Sequence record: SRR2962707_1591 | DNA: 38,723 bases | Direction: 5' to 3' (one strand) | Shown here: positions 28,262 to 37,396 of the stretch, piece after piece | Numbering within the stretch: position 1 is the first letter of the stretch | How the letters are laid out: the number at the start of each line of letters is the position of its first letter | Notes under the pieces: generated by a model | Told to the model about the DNA's origin: nothing | Seen by the model: the letters and a program-made list of their open reading frames with translations, nothing else | The model's database searches: none | Position numbers and translations under genes: made by a program

Positions 28262-29694
28262 GCGCCTTCCGCGCTCCGCCGCCCGACGAAGGCGACGCGC
28301 AGCATGTTGGTTGCGCCGGGTGTTCCGAGCGGCACGCCCGCCGTCACCACGATGCGCTGGCCGGGCTCCGCGAAGCCTTCCTGGAAGGCGATGCGGCAGG
28401 CGCGTTCCGACAGGTCCTCAAGATCTTTCGCGTCTTCCGTCAGCACGCAATGCAACCCCCAGACAAGCGCAAGCCGACGGGCCGTCGCATGCACCGGCGT
28501 CAGCACGATGATCGGAAAGAGCGGCCGCTCGCGCGCGGCGCGCAGGCCCGTCGAGCCTGAATTCGTCCAGCAGACGATGGCCGCCGCGTTCAGCGTGTCG
28601 GCAACGGAATGCGCCGCCGCCGAGATCGCGTCCGCGCCCGTCGCTTCCGGTTCGGTGCGCTGCGCATAGATGATGCCCGGATAGGTTGGATCGTTTTCGA
28701 CGGATTGCGCCACGCGGTCCATCATCGACACGGCTTCGATCGGGTACTCGCCCGCCGCCGATTCCGCCGAGAGCATGATCGCGTCCGCGCCTTCGAAGAC
28801 TGCCGTCGCCACGTCCGAAACTTCGGCGCGCGTCGGCGTTGGTGAGGAGATCATCGATTCCAGCATTTGCGTCGCGACGACAACGGGCTTGCCCGAGCGT
28901 CGCGCCGCGCGTGTGAGGCGCTTCTGCCAGCCCGGCACATGTTCGAGCGGCAGTTCGACGCCGAGGTCGCCACGCGCGACCATGATCGCGTCCGATATCT
29001 CGATGATCTCTTCCAGATGCGCAAGCGCCTGAGGCTTCTCGATCTTGGCCATCACCGCCGCGCGCCCGCGCGCGATCTTGCGCGCCTCGGCAACGTCGTC
29101 GGGGCGCTGGATAAACGAAAGCGCGACCCAGTCGACGCCGAGGTCGAGCGCCGCGTCGAGATCGCTGCGGTCCTTTTCGGTCAGCGCCGCCAGCGGCAGC
29201 ATCGTGTCCGGCAGGCTCACGCCCTTCCGGTTCGAGAGCTTGCCGCCCACCGCCACTTCCGTGTCGATGTAGTCGCGTCCCTTGCCCATCACATGCAGGC
29301 GAATTTTGCCGTCGTCGAGCAGCAGCGATTGCCCCGCGCTCACCGCGTCGAAGATCGCCGGGTGGGGCAGTGGCGCGCGTGTCTCGTCGCCGGCCTTCTT
29401 CGAGGTGTCGAGGCGGAAGCTTGCGCCGGTCTTCAGTTCGGCGCTGCCGCCCTTCATTTCTCCGATCCTGAGCTTCGGGCCCTGCAGGTCGGCCAGAATG
29501 CCGATCGGCCGCCCGACCTCCTTCTCCACCTGCCTGACAGCGGCGTGAACGCGCTTCAGGCCCTTGTGGTCCAGATGGCTCATGTTGAGGCGGAAAACGT
29601 CCACGCCCGCATCGAAGAGCTTGCGAATCATGTCCGGCGTATCGGAAGCCGGACCCAGCGTGGCGATGATCTTGACGTTGCGGCGGCGGTTCAA
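28258..29694 (-). CDS. pyk: Pyruvate kinase
   Basis: KIIATLGPAS, RLNMSH, DLQGPK, MVARGDLGVE and ATQMLESM motifs; TTG start with AAGGAG RBS. Confidence 0.98.
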   Translation of the reverse strand: MNRRRNVKIIATLGPASDTPDMIRKLFDAGVDVFRLNMSHLDHKGLKRVHAAVRQVEKEVGRPIGILADLQGPKLRIGEMKGGSAELKTGASFRLDTSKKAGDETRAPLPHPAIFDAVSAGQSLLLDDGKIRLHVMGKGRDYIDTEVAVGGKLSNRKGVSLPDTMLPLAALTEKDRSDLDAALDLGVDWVALSFIQRPDDVAEARKIARGRAAVMAKIEKPQALAHLEEIIEISDAIMVARGDLGVELPLEHVPGWQKRLTRAARRSGKPVVVATQMLESMISSPTPTRAEVSDVATAVFEGADAIMLSAESAAGEYPIEAVSMMDRVAQSVENDPTYPGIIYAQRTEPEATGADAISAAAHSVADTLNAAAIVCWTNSGSTGLRAARERPLFPIIVLTPVHATARRLALVWGLHCVLTEDAKDLEDLSERACRIAFQEGFAEPGQRIVVTAGVPLGTPGATNMLRVAFVGRRSAEGA

Positions 29695-29704
29695 CCTGTA
29701 CTCC

Positions 29705-31060
29705 TTAAGCCTTCTCTTCCGGCCCGGGGGCGTCCGGTTCGGGATGCCCTACCAGTATTACGCGAAAATCGTTGACGTTGGTGTAACTCGGACCGGTCGT
29801 GACCAGATCGCCAAGCTCGCCGAAGAAGGTGCCCGAATCGTGGCGCGCAAGCATCGCTTCCGGGTCGAGCCCCCGCTCTGTCGCACGTTTTAGTGTATCC
29901 GGCGTGACGATGGCGCCTGCCGGGTCGTCAGCCGCGCCCGAGCCGCCGTCGATGCCGTCCGTGTCGGCAGCAAGCGCATATATGCCCTCCGCGCCGTCGA
30001 GCGCAATGGCGAGCGCCAATGCGTATTCCTGGTTGGGGCCGCCTTTTCCGGGTTCGCTACCATCCTCGAAAGTCACGCCCGCCTCGCCGCCCGAAATGAT
30101 GGCCACGCATCTTCCCTCCGCCCTCGCTTTCAGCGCGAGCGCGGCGTGTGTCTCCGCAAGGTCGCATGCCTCGCCCTCGATGCCGTCGCCAAGCGCCACG
30201 GGCTCATAGCCTTCGGCGCGCGCAATGGCCGCCGCTGCGCCGAGCGAGCCGGTGCCGCTCGCGACGAGCTTGTAGCTTGCATGGGCGAAGATGTCGTCGC
30301 CGGGCTTTGGCGTTTCGGGCAATGTCATGATCTTTTCAAAAAGCTCCAGCGGCACCGGCGGGCGGAGCGCATTGAGCACCCCTTCCACGCGTGCCTTCGA
30401 GGTCGTGTCGGGCACGGTCGGGCCCGACGCGATGGTGCTCGGGTTGTCGCCCGCCACATCCGAGATCGCCAGCGTCAGTGAGCGGGCGGGGTGGATCGTC
30501 TCGGCGAGCCTGCCGCCCTTGATGCGCGAGATGTGTTTGCGGACCGCGTTGATGTCGCCGATGGGTTTGCCGGAAGCGAGCAGCGCGCGGGTCAGCCATA
30601 TCTCGTCTTCGAGCGTCAGTCCCGGCATGGGTTGCACGGTCAGCGCCGAGCCTCCGCCCGACAGCAACACCAGCGCGAGGTCTTCCGGCCCCACCCATTC
30701 GGCAAGCCGGAGCAGCCGCTTCGACGCCGCCTCTCCCGCCGCATCGGGTATCGGGTGCCCGCCTTCGAGTACTTCCACGTGCCGCGTGGGACGGCCATGA
30801 CCGTGCCGCGTCAGCGCGAGCCCCTCAAGATGTGTGCCCGGATAATGTTTGGCGTACCAGTCTTCCGCGACGGCGGCCATCGACGCCGCCGCCTTGCCGA
30901 TCGCCATCACCACGAGCCGCCCGTGGCCGGGCTCCGGTGGCGCGGGCAGATGGGGCGGAAGGCAGGTTTCGGGAAGCGCGTCCCTCACCGCCGCGTCGTA
31001 GAGACGTCTCAGCCGCACTCTCGTCTCGCGCTTGTGTGTTTCGGGGTCGTTCCCTGCCAT
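29705..31060 (-). CDS. Glycerate kinase type 2 (MOFRL/TtuD-like)
   Basis: GKAAASMA, LSGGGSAL, RKHIS.IKGG, ISGGE, TDGIDG and TNVND motifs. Confidence 0.93.
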   Translation of the reverse strand: MAGNDPETHKRETRVRLRRLYDAAVRDALPETCLPPHLPAPPEPGHGRLVVMAIGKAAASMAAVAEDWYAKHYPGTHLEGLALTRHGHGRPTRHVEVLEGGHPIPDAAGEAASKRLLRLAEWVGPEDLALVLLSGGGSALTVQPMPGLTLEDEIWLTRALLASGKPIGDINAVRKHISRIKGGRLAETIHPARSLTLAISDVAGDNPSTIASGPTVPDTTSKARVEGVLNALRPPVPLELFEKIMTLPETPKPGDDIFAHASYKLVASGTGSLGAAAAIARAEGYEPVALGDGIEGEACDLAETHAALALKARAEGRCVAIISGGEAGVTFEDGSEPGKGGPNQEYALALAIALDGAEGIYALAADTDGIDGGSGAADDPAGAIVTPDTLKRATERGLDPEAMLARHDSGTFFGELGDLVTTGPSYTNVNDFRVILVGHPEPDAPGPEEKA

Positions 31061-31080
31061 GGCTCGGATATAATCCTTTT

Positions 31081-31935
31081 ATGGACGATACTTCATTTCA
31101 GTCTGGTGAGGGCGCTATTCCAGAGGCCGCTTCATCTCAGCCTTTCGAACTCGTTAATCCGCAGGGCGCGCCGCGGTTTATCGTGGTGTGCGATCACGCC
31201 TCGAGTGCGTTGCCGGACGGTTATGGCACGCTCGGTCTTCCGTCTGCGGAGTTTGAGCGCCACATCGCCTGGGACATCGGCGCTGCGGGCGTTGCGCGCC
31301 GCATCGCGGCCTATCTCGATTGCCCCGGCGTACTCGCGCGTTTCTCGCGCCTGCTGATCGATCTCAATCGCGGCGAGGACGATCCGACCATCGTGATGAA
31401 ACTGTCCGACGGCGCCATCGTTCCAGCGAACCGTGACGTCGATCCACACCGCGACGCGGAGGAATTCGCGCATCGCATCGCCGCGTTTCATGCGCCCTAT
31501 CACGCGGCCATCGAAAAGATAATCGCGCGGGCGCGTGACGCGCAGGCCGTGCCGATCGTCGTCTCGGTTCACAGTTTCACGCCGCGCTGGCGCCGCTTCG
31601 AGCGTCCGTGGCAGACGGGGCTGTTATGGGACCGCGACGACCGCCTCGTCGGCCCGCTGATCGAGGCTCTCTCCGGGGAGGGCTTCACGGTGGGCGACAA
31701 CGAGCCATATACGGGCCGCCTGAAGAACGACTGCATGTATCGTCACGGCACCATTCACGGTCTCCCGCATATCCTGATCGAGATCAGGCAGGATCTGATC
31801 GAAACGCCGGAGGGGCAGGGCGAGTGGGCGATGCGTTACGCGCGGCATCTCCTTGCCGTTGCGTCGCTGCCCGGCATTCGCGAGGTCCGGCATTTCGGGT
31901 CGCATACAGACGCATCGCTCCCCATATCCGCCTGA
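31081..31935 (+). CDS. N-formylglutamate amidohydrolase family protein
   Basis: CDHAS, HIAWDIG, SRLLIDLNR, SVHSFTP, GDNEPY and EIRQD motifs. Confidence 0.93.
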   Translation: MDDTSFQSGEGAIPEAASSQPFELVNPQGAPRFIVVCDHASSALPDGYGTLGLPSAEFERHIAWDIGAAGVARRIAAYLDCPGVLARFSRLLIDLNRGEDDPTIVMKLSDGAIVPANRDVDPHRDAEEFAHRIAAFHAPYHAAIEKIIARARDAQAVPIVVSVHSFTPRWRRFERPWQTGLLWDRDDRLVGPLIEALSGEGFTVGDNEPYTGRLKNDCMYRHGTIHGLPHILIEIRQDLIETPEGQGEWAMRYARHLLAVASLPGIREVRHFGSHTDASLPISA

Positions 31936-31951
31936 AGCAACGGAGGAAGAC

Positions 31952-32254
31952 ATGAACAAGGAAACGCAAACCGAACTTGAGGCCGCCGCTTTTCGCCGCC
32001 TTATGGGTCACCTGCGCGCGCGTACCGATGTTCAGAACATCGATCTCATGATCCTTGCGGGCTTCTGCCGCAACTGCCTCGCGGACTGGTACCGCGAAGC
32101 AGCCGAAGAAAAAGGCATCGCGGTCTCGAAAGACGAGGCGCGCGCGGTCGTCTATGGCGAGCCCTTCGCGGAGTGGAAGAAAAAACACCAGCCGGACGCG
32201 ACCCCCGAACAAGTGGCGGCTTTCGAGGCGGCGCAGAAGAAGAGCCACGGCTGA
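31952..32254 (+). CDS. DUF1244 domain protein
   Basis: EAAAFRRL, DVQNIDLM and AGFCRNCL motifs; GGAGG RBS. Confidence 0.92.
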   Translation: MNKETQTELEAAAFRRLMGHLRARTDVQNIDLMILAGFCRNCLADWYREAAEEKGIAVSKDEARAVVYGEPFAEWKKKHQPDATPEQVAAFEAAQKKSHG

Positions 32255-32262
32255 GCGGCATT

Positions 32263-32294
32263 CCATCCACCGTTCATCCACATCTCTATCCACA
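32263..32294 (+). promoter_or_regulatory. Three direct DnaA-box-like repeats upstream of gapR
   Basis: CCATCCACC (32263), TCATCCACA (32274) and CTATCCACA (32286), compared with consensus TTATCCACA. Confidence 0.55.
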
Positions 32295-32313
32295 GCTTTC
32301 TTCTGCCCGCATA

Positions 32314-32342
32314 TTGCCGTGCCGCCCGCGCGCCTCTATCGT
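32314..32342 (+). promoter_or_regulatory. Candidate sigma70 promoter of gapR
   Basis: TTGCCG-N17-TATCGT, 41 nt upstream of the ATG. Confidence 0.55.
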
Positions 32343-32383
32343 CCCGGCCCTCACGGCAACAAGTATCAGTGGAGCGTCGCAAC

Positions 32384-32647
32384 ATGGCGGACGGCAATAC
32401 GCCTGCGAATACGGGCACGATCGCGCGGGACCAACTCCGGTCCATCGTCGAGCGCATCGAGCGTCTGGAAGAAGAAAAGGCGGCCCTCGCCAACGACATC
32501 AAGGAAGTCTACGCGGAAGCGAAGGGCAACGGCTTCGACACGAAGACGCTGCGCCAGGTGGTCCGCATGCGCAAGCAGGACAAGGCGGAGCGGCAGGAGC
32601 AGGAAGCGATCCTCGAACTCTATTTGAGCGCCCTCGGCATGATCTGA
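32384..32647 (+). CDS. gapR: DUF2312/UPF0335 nucleoid-associated protein (GapR)
   Basis: [17 protein letters not shown]...[26 protein letters not shown]...EAILELY.ALGM. Confidence 0.92.
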   Translation: MADGNTPANTGTIARDQLRSIVERIERLEEEKAALANDIKEVYAEAKGNGFDTKTLRQVVRMRKQDKAERQEQEAILELYLSALGMI

Positions 32648-32711
32648 GGCGGGCTGAGCCTCCGGTTCTTTTTCCCGCGCGCGCCGCGTTAGGGCATACT
32701 CATCCTCAGGT

Positions 32712-34541
32712 GTGGCGAGGCGTATCCCGCAAGACGATACGCCCGGTGAACGGGAGTATCGCGTGAGGGAGGACGATCCCGGCGCGCAGGGCGAACCTCG
32801 AGGCAGCGCGGCAACGGGTAGCGGGACGGCGGACGGCAAGGCGCCGTCGTCGCGTCTCGGCGAAGCGGTGGATGCGGTCTATGGCTATGCCGCCGGCCGC
32901 TACAACTGGGAAGACCTGATCGGCTTCCTTGCGCATCTCGATCATGACAGCGAGGCGGGCGTCGCGGACCCGGGCGATCTCGTCTCGACGCTCGGCGCGC
33001 ATCTGCGCCGCGCCGACGAACTCGCGACCCGGCTTCATGCCGATGACGGCGCGGCGGAACCGGACTACGCGCTTCTCCTTCTCGGTCACGACCGCCACAT
33101 CGCGTCCTCGAACGAAGGCGGACGCGTGTTCTTCGGCAAGGTCTGCGCCTCGGTCGAAACAGGTAAACGGCTCTCTTTCCGCGATGGCGAGCACGCCGCG
33201 CTTTTCAAGGAAGCGCTGAACGGATTGCAGCAAGGCGGCGCGGCGGCGCCCGTCCTTCTGCGCCTTGCCGATGAGGAAGGGGGGACGGAGCTTCTCTGTT
33301 ATCTCGTGCGCGGCGAGAGCCTGTCGCCGGCCATGCTGCGCGCGGTCGAGATGGACGAAGACGAGCCGCGTCCGCTTTGCGCGCTTGTCGCCGCACCGCC
33401 GGAGGCGGGCGACGATGCGCTCGACATCTTCCGCAATGCGCTCGGCCTCACACCGGCGGAAGCGCGGCTCGCCGCGCGTCTTCGTTTCGGCCTGTCGCTG
33501 AAGGAAGCGTCGGAAGAGCTCGGCATTTCGGTCAATACCGCGCGCAACCAGCTCAAATCCGTTTTCGACAAGCTCGGCGTCAATCGCCAGGCCGATCTGG
33601 TGCGCCATTTGACGGAGCTTGCCGCGCTCGCCACCAGCATGCAGGGCGCAAGACGCGCCAAGGCGACCGTCACCGCCGCCGAGCGCCGCACCGTTGTCCT
33701 GCCCGACGGGCGCCTCATCGCCCTTCGCGACCTCGGTCAGCCGGACGGCTTCCCCGTCATTCTTCTTCCGCCGCTCGTGCAGTCGAGCCTGTTGCGTCCG
33801 CGTGAGGCGGAAATCGCGGGCGAGTGCGGCGTCCGGCTCGTCAGTGTCGAGCGTCCGGGCATCGGCCTGTCGACGCGCGACCCGCACGGCACCTACCGCA
33901 CCTTTGCAAACGACCTCGCTCATGTCGCCGATGCGCTCGGGATCGATCGCTTCGTTCTTCTCGGCTGGGCGTCCGGCGCGCCTTATGCGCTGACAGCCGC
34001 GTCCGTCCTCGGCCCTCGCGTGACGCGGCTCGCGCTCGCGACGCCGCGTCTCGGCTTTCGGTCGGACCTTGAGCCGACAACGCCCGCGCGCCAGTTCTTC
34101 GGCGGGCTGCGCCGTCACCCCTGGCTATTCGAGGCGGTCTTCTCGATCATGCGCGCAAAGCGCTCGCGCCGTTTCTTCCGGCCGATGATCCGCAACTTCC
34201 TCGAAACCTCCGAGCCCGACCGCCTGCTCTTCGAAACCGACACCTCGCTTCTCGATTGTTTCACCGACAGCTTCATCGAGGCGATCGACAGGACACACAA
34301 GGGCCTCGTCCAGGAACTCAATTTCTATTCGAAGGACACGCCCGCCGACGTCGCGGGCATTGTGCGGCCGCTTCTTGTCTGGCACGGCCTCGAAGACGAG
34401 ATGAACAGCGCCGAGGATGTGAAGCGCATGCTCGCGGGCGTTCCCGTCGAGGCGTTCAATTTCACGGCGGGCGACGGCCACATGGTTCTGTTCGCGCGGT
34501 TCCGCGAGGTTCTGATGCGCCTTGTCAATGACGGGCATTAG
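32712..34541 (+). CDS. Regulator: PAS-like region, LuxR-type HTH and alpha/beta-hydrolase fold lacking the nucleophile (paralog 1)
   Basis: HTH GLTPAEARLA...NTARNQLKSVFDKLGVNRQADLV; hydrolase LPDGR, ERPGIG, GWASGAPY, WHG..D and GDGH. Alternative GTG start at 32763 with GGGAG RBS. Confidence 0.88.
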   Translation: MARRIPQDDTPGEREYRVREDDPGAQGEPRGSAATGSGTADGKAPSSRLGEAVDAVYGYAAGRYNWEDLIGFLAHLDHDSEAGVADPGDLVSTLGAHLRRADELATRLHADDGAAEPDYALLLLGHDRHIASSNEGGRVFFGKVCASVETGKRLSFRDGEHAALFKEALNGLQQGGAAAPVLLRLADEEGGTELLCYLVRGESLSPAMLRAVEMDEDEPRPLCALVAAPPEAGDDALDIFRNALGLTPAEARLAARLRFGLSLKEASEELGISVNTARNQLKSVFDKLGVNRQADLVRHLTELAALATSMQGARRAKATVTAAERRTVVLPDGRLIALRDLGQPDGFPVILLPPLVQSSLLRPREAEIAGECGVRLVSVERPGIGLSTRDPHGTYRTFANDLAHVADALGIDRFVLLGWASGAPYALTAASVLGPRVTRLALATPRLGFRSDLEPTTPARQFFGGLRRHPWLFEAVFSIMRAKRSRRFFRPMIRNFLETSEPDRLLFETDTSLLDCFTDSFIEAIDRTHKGLVQELNFYSKDTPADVAGIVRPLLVWHGLEDEMNSAEDVKRMLAGVPVEAFNFTAGDGHMVLFARFREVLMRLVNDGH

Positions 34542-34699
34542 TTACCGCCGGACTAGATGTAATTTGCGTCTATAGCGGAGGCGGTCCCGTGTTTGTGGCG
34601 GCGCGGGCCGCCGTTTCCGATTTTCAGGCTGCTGTCATTCATCCTAAAGTGCGGGGCCGGGGCGGGGTGCTCCGGCAATCCTCAAGAGGGTGTCGGGGC

Positions 34700-36466
34700 G
34701 TGTCCGGGTTGAAAACGGGAAGCGGCGAGGGTGCGTCTGGCGAGCGCGCGGTTTCCGTTCGTCCCGATCTTGCCGTGGCGCTCGACGCCATCTACGGCTA
34801 TGCGACCGATCCTGAAAACTGGGAGGAGATGAGTTCGCTCCTCGATGAGATCGGCGCGGGTGCGGATATCGCGCCGGTGGCCGAGGGTATGCGTGCGCAT
34901 CTCTCCCGCGCGGAAAGTCTCGCGCGGCGGCTTCACGAGGCGGCGCCGGACGACAATGCCTCGCCCGCCTATTGCCACATGGTAATAGGCCGCGACCTGC
35001 GCATCGCTGACATATCGGACGCCGCGCGCGAGATGCTCGCACCGTTCTGCAAGCCGCTGCGCACCGGCAACCAGCTTCTCTTCACCGATCCCGAGAACGC
35101 GGCGCGCTTCCGCGCGCTTGCCGCTTCCGTGACGCAAGGTGCAGTCGGCCCCGTTCTGCTGCGGCTTGTACTGGAAGATGGCGAGGAGGCGGTCTTCGGC
35201 TATCTCGTCGCGGAGGCGAACCTGCCCGAACCGCTGCGGCGCCGGTTCGATCTTCCAGAGGAGGCGCGGCGTGGCGCCATCGCCTTTGTCGCTCCGGACC
35301 GGGAGGCGGCGGGCGATGCGACCCGCATGTATCGCGAGACTTTCGGCCTCACGCCCGCGGAAGCGCGCCTCGCCGCACATCTGAAGGATGGTTATTCGCT
35401 GAAGGAAGCGTCGGCGAAACTCAATGTCTCGATCAACACCGCACGCAACCAGATCAAGAGCGTGTTCGAGAAGCTCGGCGTCAACCGGCAGAGCGATCTG
35501 ATCCGCCATCTGACGGAGCTTTCGCAGCTCGCAACCTATATCAGTGCCTCGCAAGGTGAACCTGCCGAGCGTCCGGTGCCGGTCGTGTCCGGCGACGTGC
35601 CGCTCGACTTCGTGACGCTGCCCGATGGCCGCCGCCTCGCCTGGCGCGACTACGGGCGGCGCGATGGTCGGCCGGTTGTGCTGTTTCCGAGTTCGATCAG
35701 CAGTTCCCACATCTGGCAGGGAGAGGCGGAAGGGGCCTTGCGCGCGGGGCTTCGCTACATCGTGGTCGAGCGGCCGGGCACCGGCGCGTCCACGGCCGAC
35801 CCCGATCTCACCTTCGAGAGTTTTGCGTGCGACTTCGAACATTTCGTTGATGCGCTCGGCCTTGAGCGGTTCCGTCTCGTTGCGCGGTCATCGGCCTCGC
35901 CCTTCGCGCTCACCGCCGCCGCCCGTCTCGGGCCGCGCGTCGACCTCCTGATGCTCACCTCGACGCGGCTCGGCATTCCCGAAGGCAGCAAGACGAAGCC
36001 GCTCGGCATGCTCGGCGCATTCTTCAATAATCTTCGCCGTTATCCGTGGCTGCTCGATTCAACGCTCTTCATCCTGCGCGCGAAGATGTCGCGCAACTTC
36101 ATCCGCCCGCTCGTCTACAAATTCTTCGAGAACTCGCCCGCCGATGTCGAACTGATCCGCGCGACGCCCTCGCTTGAGGCGGCGATGATCCAGAGCACCA
36201 TGGAAACGGTCTCCCATACCTATGCGGGGCTGCTGCGCGAGTCGCAGCTTTATCTCGACGGCATCAGCCTCGATCTCGGCGGTCTCACGGCGCCCATCAT
36301 TGTCTGGCATGGCGAGGCGGATGGGGTCGTGCCGCTCGGCGAGTTGAAGCGCCGTCTCACCGAACTCAGGATCGAGCCTGCGGAAATGCGCACCTTCCCC
36401 GGCGACGGGCATTGCTTCCTCAACAAGCATTGCGACGAGATATTCGCCCGCCTAACAGCCCCCTGA
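34700..36466 (+). CDS. Regulator: PAS-like region, LuxR-type HTH and alpha/beta-hydrolase fold (paralog 2)
   Basis: Same architecture as the upstream gene, with ERPGTG, ARSSASPF, WHGEAD and GDGH. Start uncertain (GTG 34700 or 34589). Confidence 0.88.
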   Translation: MSGLKTGSGEGASGERAVSVRPDLAVALDAIYGYATDPENWEEMSSLLDEIGAGADIAPVAEGMRAHLSRAESLARRLHEAAPDDNASPAYCHMVIGRDLRIADISDAAREMLAPFCKPLRTGNQLLFTDPENAARFRALAASVTQGAVGPVLLRLVLEDGEEAVFGYLVAEANLPEPLRRRFDLPEEARRGAIAFVAPDREAAGDATRMYRETFGLTPAEARLAAHLKDGYSLKEASAKLNVSINTARNQIKSVFEKLGVNRQSDLIRHLTELSQLATYISASQGEPAERPVPVVSGDVPLDFVTLPDGRRLAWRDYGRRDGRPVVLFPSSISSSHIWQGEAEGALRAGLRYIVVERPGTGASTADPDLTFESFACDFEHFVDALGLERFRLVARSSASPFALTAAARLGPRVDLLMLTSTRLGIPEGSKTKPLGMLGAFFNNLRRYPWLLDSTLFILRAKMSRNFIRPLVYKFFENSPADVELIRATPSLEAAMIQSTMETVSHTYAGLLRESQLYLDGISLDLGGLTAPIIVWHGEADGVVPLGELKRRLTELRIEPAEMRTFPGDGHCFLNKHCDEIFARLTAP

Positions 36467-36611
36467 ACTTGAGGCTGTCCCCCGGCCTTAACCATCTCCC
36501 CGCCAATCCTTGGTCCATTTGCACTATTCTGACGGCCCCTCCGCGCCGCTACGACTCTTTGGCAGAAGACCCGGACATGGGGTGCCGGGTCCGATTCCAA
36601 AGGGGCTTACC

Positions 36612-37346
36612 ATGAAGATGAAAACCGCAGGCATTCTGGTCGCGGCCGCGACGCTGATCGCGGGCTGCCAGACAACCGGCATGGACCCGTCGGCGCTGAT
36701 CGGCGCCGCCACGCAGGTTGCCGCCGGCAGCGCCGCGCCGTCCGCCGCCAGCTACGCGGGCGCGCCCGCCTCTTCGCTCGCGCAGGATCCGGTCACCGTT
36801 GCCGCCGTGCAGCAGGCCGCCGCGCGCCAGGGCATCGCCATGACGCCGGACCAGGCGGCCACCGCCATCGCCATGCAGCAGTCGGGCGCGAGCAATGCCA
36901 GCCTTCAGAACGCCGCGCTTCAGCAGGCCGCCGTCAATGGTGGCGCCGCGCTTGCCGGTCAGCAGATCGCGCAAGCGGCGATGACCACCACGACGACCAC
37001 GGCCACCACCACGGACGCCGGTGCGGCGACCGCCGCTCTCGCGCCCGCGGGCACGCCGGACGGCATGAAGTCTTGCGAGCAGCTTTCGGCCGAGATCGCC
37101 CAGCAGCAGCAGGTGATCACGACCGCGAATTCGAGCTCCAGCAATGCGCAGATCGTCGATGCGGGCCTCGGCATCGCGCAGTCGGTCGGCCTCCACTTCG
37201 GCGGCTTCGGCCTTGGCGGCATCCAGGCGGCGGGGGCTGCGAGCAATGTCGCCAACCAGCAGAAGCAGGCCGCGGAGGAGCAGGTCCAGCAGGCTGAAAT
37301 CCGCGTGCAGGTGCTCTCCGGCATCTATCAAGGCAAGGGGTGCTGA
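36612..37346 (+). CDS. Ala/Gln/Thr-rich lipoprotein of unknown function
   Basis: Lipobox LIAG-C, Thr run, SCEQL..E helix, glycine-rich hydrophobic segment, C-terminal KGC. Confidence 0.85.
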   Translation: MKMKTAGILVAAATLIAGCQTTGMDPSALIGAATQVAAGSAAPSAASYAGAPASSLAQDPVTVAAVQQAAARQGIAMTPDQAATAIAMQQSGASNASLQNAALQQAAVNGGAALAGQQIAQAAMTTTTTTATTTDAGAATAALAPAGTPDGMKSCEQLSAEIAQQQQVITTANSSSSNAQIVDAGLGIAQSVGLHFGGFGLGGIQAAGAASNVANQQKQAAEEQVQQAEIRVQVLSGIYQGKGC

Positions 37347-37396
37347 GGAGCGGAGTTTTCCCGTCTCCCGGAACGTCCAACGGAACAGCTATCGAA

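Noticed and set aside
32263-32294. Replication origin
   Set aside because: Only three boxes in a 129-nt gap, with no AT-rich unwinding element or origin-typical flanking genes.
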